DNA from: Amoebidium appalachense
Lineage: Eukaryota > Protista > Ichthyosporea
Direction: 5' to 3'
Assembly (NCBI GenBank): GCA_963693365.1
Contig: CAVNZM010000004.1
Location: 640,448 to 704,447, forward strand
Length of the DNA stretch: 64,000 nucleotides
Both the position numbers and the translations under genes were made by a program. Numbering within the stretch: the first letter of the stretch is position 1; every line of letters starts with the position of its first letter. The notes under the pieces are model-generated. The model worked only from the letters and a program-made list of their open reading frames with translations, did no database searches and was not told where the DNA came from. Shown piece by piece: positions 52,159-64,000 of the stretch.

Positions 52159-53832
52159 ACACCGTCCTTTCCCGACCATCCCTCCCCTTCCGACCCCCTT
52201 CAGCCCCACCCACCTTCCTTGAGGTCTGGCTCTTGCCACAGCCCGTGCGCACAGCACACACGGCTATGATGGGCTTAGTGCTTTTGATCATTGTGTGCAG
52301 GGGTGAGATCAGACGGAAATCTGCCCCGGCTGCGAGCGCCCTGCTAGCCTTGTGCATCACCTGAAGGGGGGAGGAAGGGGGTGGGGGGGGAGGGGGGAAG
52401 GGGGGGGGGGGGGGTCAAGGGGAAGGGGGTGAGCACAGAGTGTGGAGTCAGTTGCTAATGGGTGGGGTGGGTGGTGAAGGGGAGGCAAACAGCAAACAAG
52501 ATCACAGGCACAAGGAAAGGGAAGGGGAGGACGGAAGTAGCCTATAGCAATCAGACAGAGCCTTACGAATTCCGAAAGGGAGGGTCCGTTTGCAGGGGGA
52601 AGGTTAAGGTGTGTGTGTGTGTAGGGGGGGGGGGGGGGGGTTGTTGTGACCTAACCCAGTAATGGTCTACTAAATCTAATGACTCTCTGGCCAGATCATG
52701 AGATAGAGAGGCAAAGAGAAAGGGAGAGAGGGGAGGGTAGAAGAAGACAGGAGCCGTGATGGAAGAGGACAACACGTACAAGAAGCCACTCAAACTGGTT
52801 GATTTCTCACGCCCGGAAAGATAAGGAGGGTGAGGGGAGGAAGAAGAGTGGGGCAACAAAGAGGAGGGAGGTGGTGGGATGCGGGGGCGGGAGGGGGTGG
52901 GGGTGGGGGGGTGGGGGCTGCTACGTACATCTGGATAGGCGATGTCCGAGTAGGCCAAGACGACCAGCTGCACGTGGTTGGTTTTAACGAACGTTTCCAA
53001 TTGGTTCTCCGGGATGGTTGGTATGCCCTGTGGGTAGAGGGGGCCAGCCAACTCTGGGGGGTACTTGCGCATCTCACCCTCGACTGTTGGGGAAGGGCAG
53101 GGGGAGGAAGAAAGAGGGGGGGGGGGAGGGGGGGAGGGGGGGAGGGGGGGAAGAAGGGGGAGAGGGGGGACGTAAAGGGGGAGAAAGAGGGGAAGGGTGG
53201 GGGAAGGGGGGTGGGGAGGGGTTTGGTTCGAAATATTTTCAAAATGCCTCAGAATCAGAACACGGTAATCAAGTTGAATTCAGGCCCCAATCCAGTAACA
53301 TAACCGAATCATATTGCAGCAGCCAAGAAGCCTTACTACCAGCTGCTCTTTGTGTGCATATTTGGAGACATAACCGAATCGGATGCTGGTGCACGCAGGA
53401 ACTGCATTTGAGGCTGTATTGTGTTGGAGAGGACTAACGGCACATGTAAAGAGCAAGTTAGGAGCACCAGTTAACTGTGTTTCTTTTTTTTTATTATCAT
53501 TAATGTGATGCATATGGGGTCGGTAGGGGTGGTGGGGGTGGGGGTATTGGGTGAAGGGGGAGAGGGGGGAAGGGGGGAGGGGGAGAGATGGGGCGGGGAG
53601 GGGGGGGGGGCGAGGAGGGTCAAGGGGGGGAGGGGGGAATGGAGGGGGAGGGGGCAGAGGGGAGGAGGGAATGGGGGAGGAGGAGGGGCATACCCGTGCC
53701 CAGATTCTGTTCGACGGCCATGGTGAAGGCAAGGATCTCGTGGGTGGGGTCATGGCGGTAGACACGGTTGAACACGTGGTAGTCCATGCCCGCAGCACCA
53801 ATTATCACAGTGCGCATACGCTGCGCCATCAT
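47577..53832 (-). CDS. COG2403-family P-loop protein (arginine synthetase ArcE-like / cyclic 2,3-diphosphoglycerate synthetase-like), 9 exons, 461 aa
   Basis: Exons 53832-53694, 53083-52929, 52360-52214, 51726-51608, 51102-50855, 50296-50144, 49706-49488, 49017-48947 and 47711-47577 are all phase-compatible (1386 nt). Motifs: IIGAAGMDYH, YPPELAGPLYPQGIP, AYSD, VMHKASRA, AVRTGCGKSQTSR, PMPYGDL, ECTIEELEEY, WDGGNNE, VVEDGPTLTHG, LPAMGY, GTPIDL. Confidence 0.9.
48100..48416. repeat. ~29-bp minisatellite, 11 copies (AAGAGAATAACGGATATGGGA + G-run), in the last intron of the ArcE-like gene
   Basis: 11 copies of GAATAACGGATATGGG counted. Confidence 0.92.
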
Positions 53833-55596
53833 GATGTTAAGGTTTGATGGTGAATGGTCTTCGCGTTGTTGTGCTGTTTGTGTTGGGAGGATAGTCTGTT
53901 GTGGGAGGAATGGTCAGAATGGTAGACTTTAAGAGCCTTGGTTAAAACCATATCTCCATTCCAAAAAATGTCTTTGTCACCTGTCTTTTGTGTGTTTTCC
54001 TCGTGAGCATGGTTCGGTTGTGATAATATTGTAATAAAGCAGATCCAACTTGATGGAAGGAATAACCGAACTAATAACCAAAGCCTTGCCGCTGAACATG
54101 CTTTCAAAACGGCCCACACACTTAACCGCACACACCCACAACCGCTGGCAATGGGACAAACAATTTCACACTCACCTATTTTATAAAATATAATGTAGTA
54201 GTTGCTAGTATTTTTTGGTCGGTTTGTGGCTTATTAGTTGGGCCTTTTGAATCCGTTTTGTAAGCCACCCTGTTTTTATATTCCAAAGCGGCGACGCGGT
54301 GATTGGATAAACGAAAAACAAGAGCGGTAATGCCGCTTGCAATCTAAACATTTATAAAACTTGTTTCTAGTGCTTTAAATGTTAGATAATATTAAAACGG
54401 ACATTTACATCAGGTGTTTTATAAAGTCATGTTCAAAGCACCCGGTCAATAGAAAAGATAAGAAAGGCAGCACTATTGGTGCGAAGTACTCCAGACAATG
54501 CATTGTAAAACGAGGTTTAAAAATGAAGGCTATTTACCTACCAAGAAAAGCCAAATAGTACTGTATGTATAAATTTAGTTTTAATAGTTTTTATATATTA
54601 TTATAATGTGAATCTTACGCTCCCTTTTTGATTGTTTTGTTCAGGAGATTTTCAACGCGGTATAGCTGGTCCGGCTCCAAGTATGGGAAAATGTTACGTA
54701 ACATGGAATTTTTTTAATGTCAATTGATTTGCTCACAATCACAAACTAGCATGACCGCACCATATAAAGGCAAAACTAAACAATGTACTGGTTGCATCAC
54801 GCGGCTCTCGCTCCTTCCACATCCCCATAGCTGTCAGCCAAGCCGCCAACCACAACTTGCCTTTGACCACACACGCATTCACGCCAAATCATACGTGGAA
54901 TGACCCAGAAGGCTGGGCTGTGGGTTTGAAAGTGGGCTTGGGCCCTGCGCACTGGTACACACACCGCGTGCACGCGCAGGTGGCTATAGTACATGAAGCG
55001 GGCATGGGTTGCCGCATGCATGTGCGCGCACATGATGTCGATGGTGCACGCCATTGAAACGGTCAAGTGAATGGTGACGCGTGGAAGCGCCCCCGTCTCA
55101 GTGACCGGGGCATTATGAACTTGCAAAAGGCAACCACTAGGATGTATGTAATTGAGGACTGGCGAGTCTGTACTATTGTCTGTCCGGGGACTTGCCAGGG
55201 GGGGGGGGGATATTGGGCAAGGGTACTCAGTCTGGCGAATTCGCGTGTGACCCAGGGGGCCCAGGGGAAAGGGCGGGGCGGGGGGGGGGGGGGGGGGGGG
55301 GGGGGGGATTTGGTCACTGGCTCCGCGTGCTCTTCGGAATATTTTTATTAGTTTTTCACATAGTTTATCTCATTTCGGTCTAGCTAGAATTCGAAAGTGC
55401 TCAGCTCAGTTACGAGATTGTACGGGGTTGTGTGCGTCATTCAGTACTAGTGCCCGAATCTTCCACCCACGATATGAGAAACTGCTACTACTAACTCCCC
55501 CCCCCCCTCCCTTTGGCGGTTAGCCCACCATCACCACCACCACGTGCACATTAACGAATGAAAGAAATGGACAGCAGAAATGGAAGGGGAGAGGGA

Positions 55597-55628
<32 letters not shown>

Positions 55629-55957
55629 GGGACGGACGAGAGAGACAGAAAGAGTGAAAGATTGGAGGGGGGGGGGGGGGGGGGGGGGGGGAGTGACTTG
55701 TAATGGAAAGTGTGACTCAATGCGAGAGAGGGCGAGAGTGTGAGAGGGATAATCAAATAAAGGAAGAGGTCATTTTAAAAGAAATCCACAATTCATCATA
55801 CGTCTACCACCCCAATTCCAACCATTCATCAAACCTTTTCATTCATTCAGCTATGATAATCGTGCACACGGCTTACTACGTTCATACCCCTGCTTGTACC
55901 AAAACAATGCCGACTGCTGCATGGGACCGTGGCTGTTGTGTGTTGGCCCAGATCTTG

Positions 55958-64000
<8,043 letters not shown>

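Noticed and set aside
47577-53832. Bacterial or archaeal contamination as the source of the prokaryote-like genes
   Set aside because: The genes carry multiple phase-consistent spliceosomal introns with the same microsatellite style as neighbouring host genes.
54797-55126. 109-aa minus-strand ORF as a small gene or extra U2SURP exon
   Set aside because: No recognisable motif in the frames examined and no convincing splice connection.

Overview
Eukaryotic nuclear DNA. The genes are rich in GT-AG introns packed with (CA)n/(GT)n, (CT)n and poly-G/C tracts, so most ORFs in the six-frame track are microsatellite artefacts. The style suggests a mitochondriate unicellular opisthokont such as an ichthyosporean, but that is inference only. 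Manual splicing gives these genes: (1) MICOS subunit Mic60/mitofilin (minus, runs off the left edge); (2) an intronless gene with a WH1/EVH1-like domain and a SAP/HeH-like tail; (3) a CLK/LAMMER kinase with DVG in place of DFG; (4) a secreted, bacterial-type M12/reprolysin-like metalloprotease with FN3 repeats, plus a frameshifted tandem paralog; (5) a 9-exon homolog of the prokaryotic COG2403 family (arginine synthetase ArcE / cDPGS-like) with altered motifs; (6) U2SURP/SR140 (minus, runs off the right edge). Mobile DNA includes an intact two-ORF LINE between the protease paralogs, a Harbinger/Tourist MITE, a second TIR element, and two copies of a ~210-bp element each with its own 9-bp target-site duplication. 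The strongest leads are the intron-containing ArcE-like enzyme, splice sites built from CA/GT microsatellites instead of polypyrimidine tracts, and the bacterial-like protease pair.
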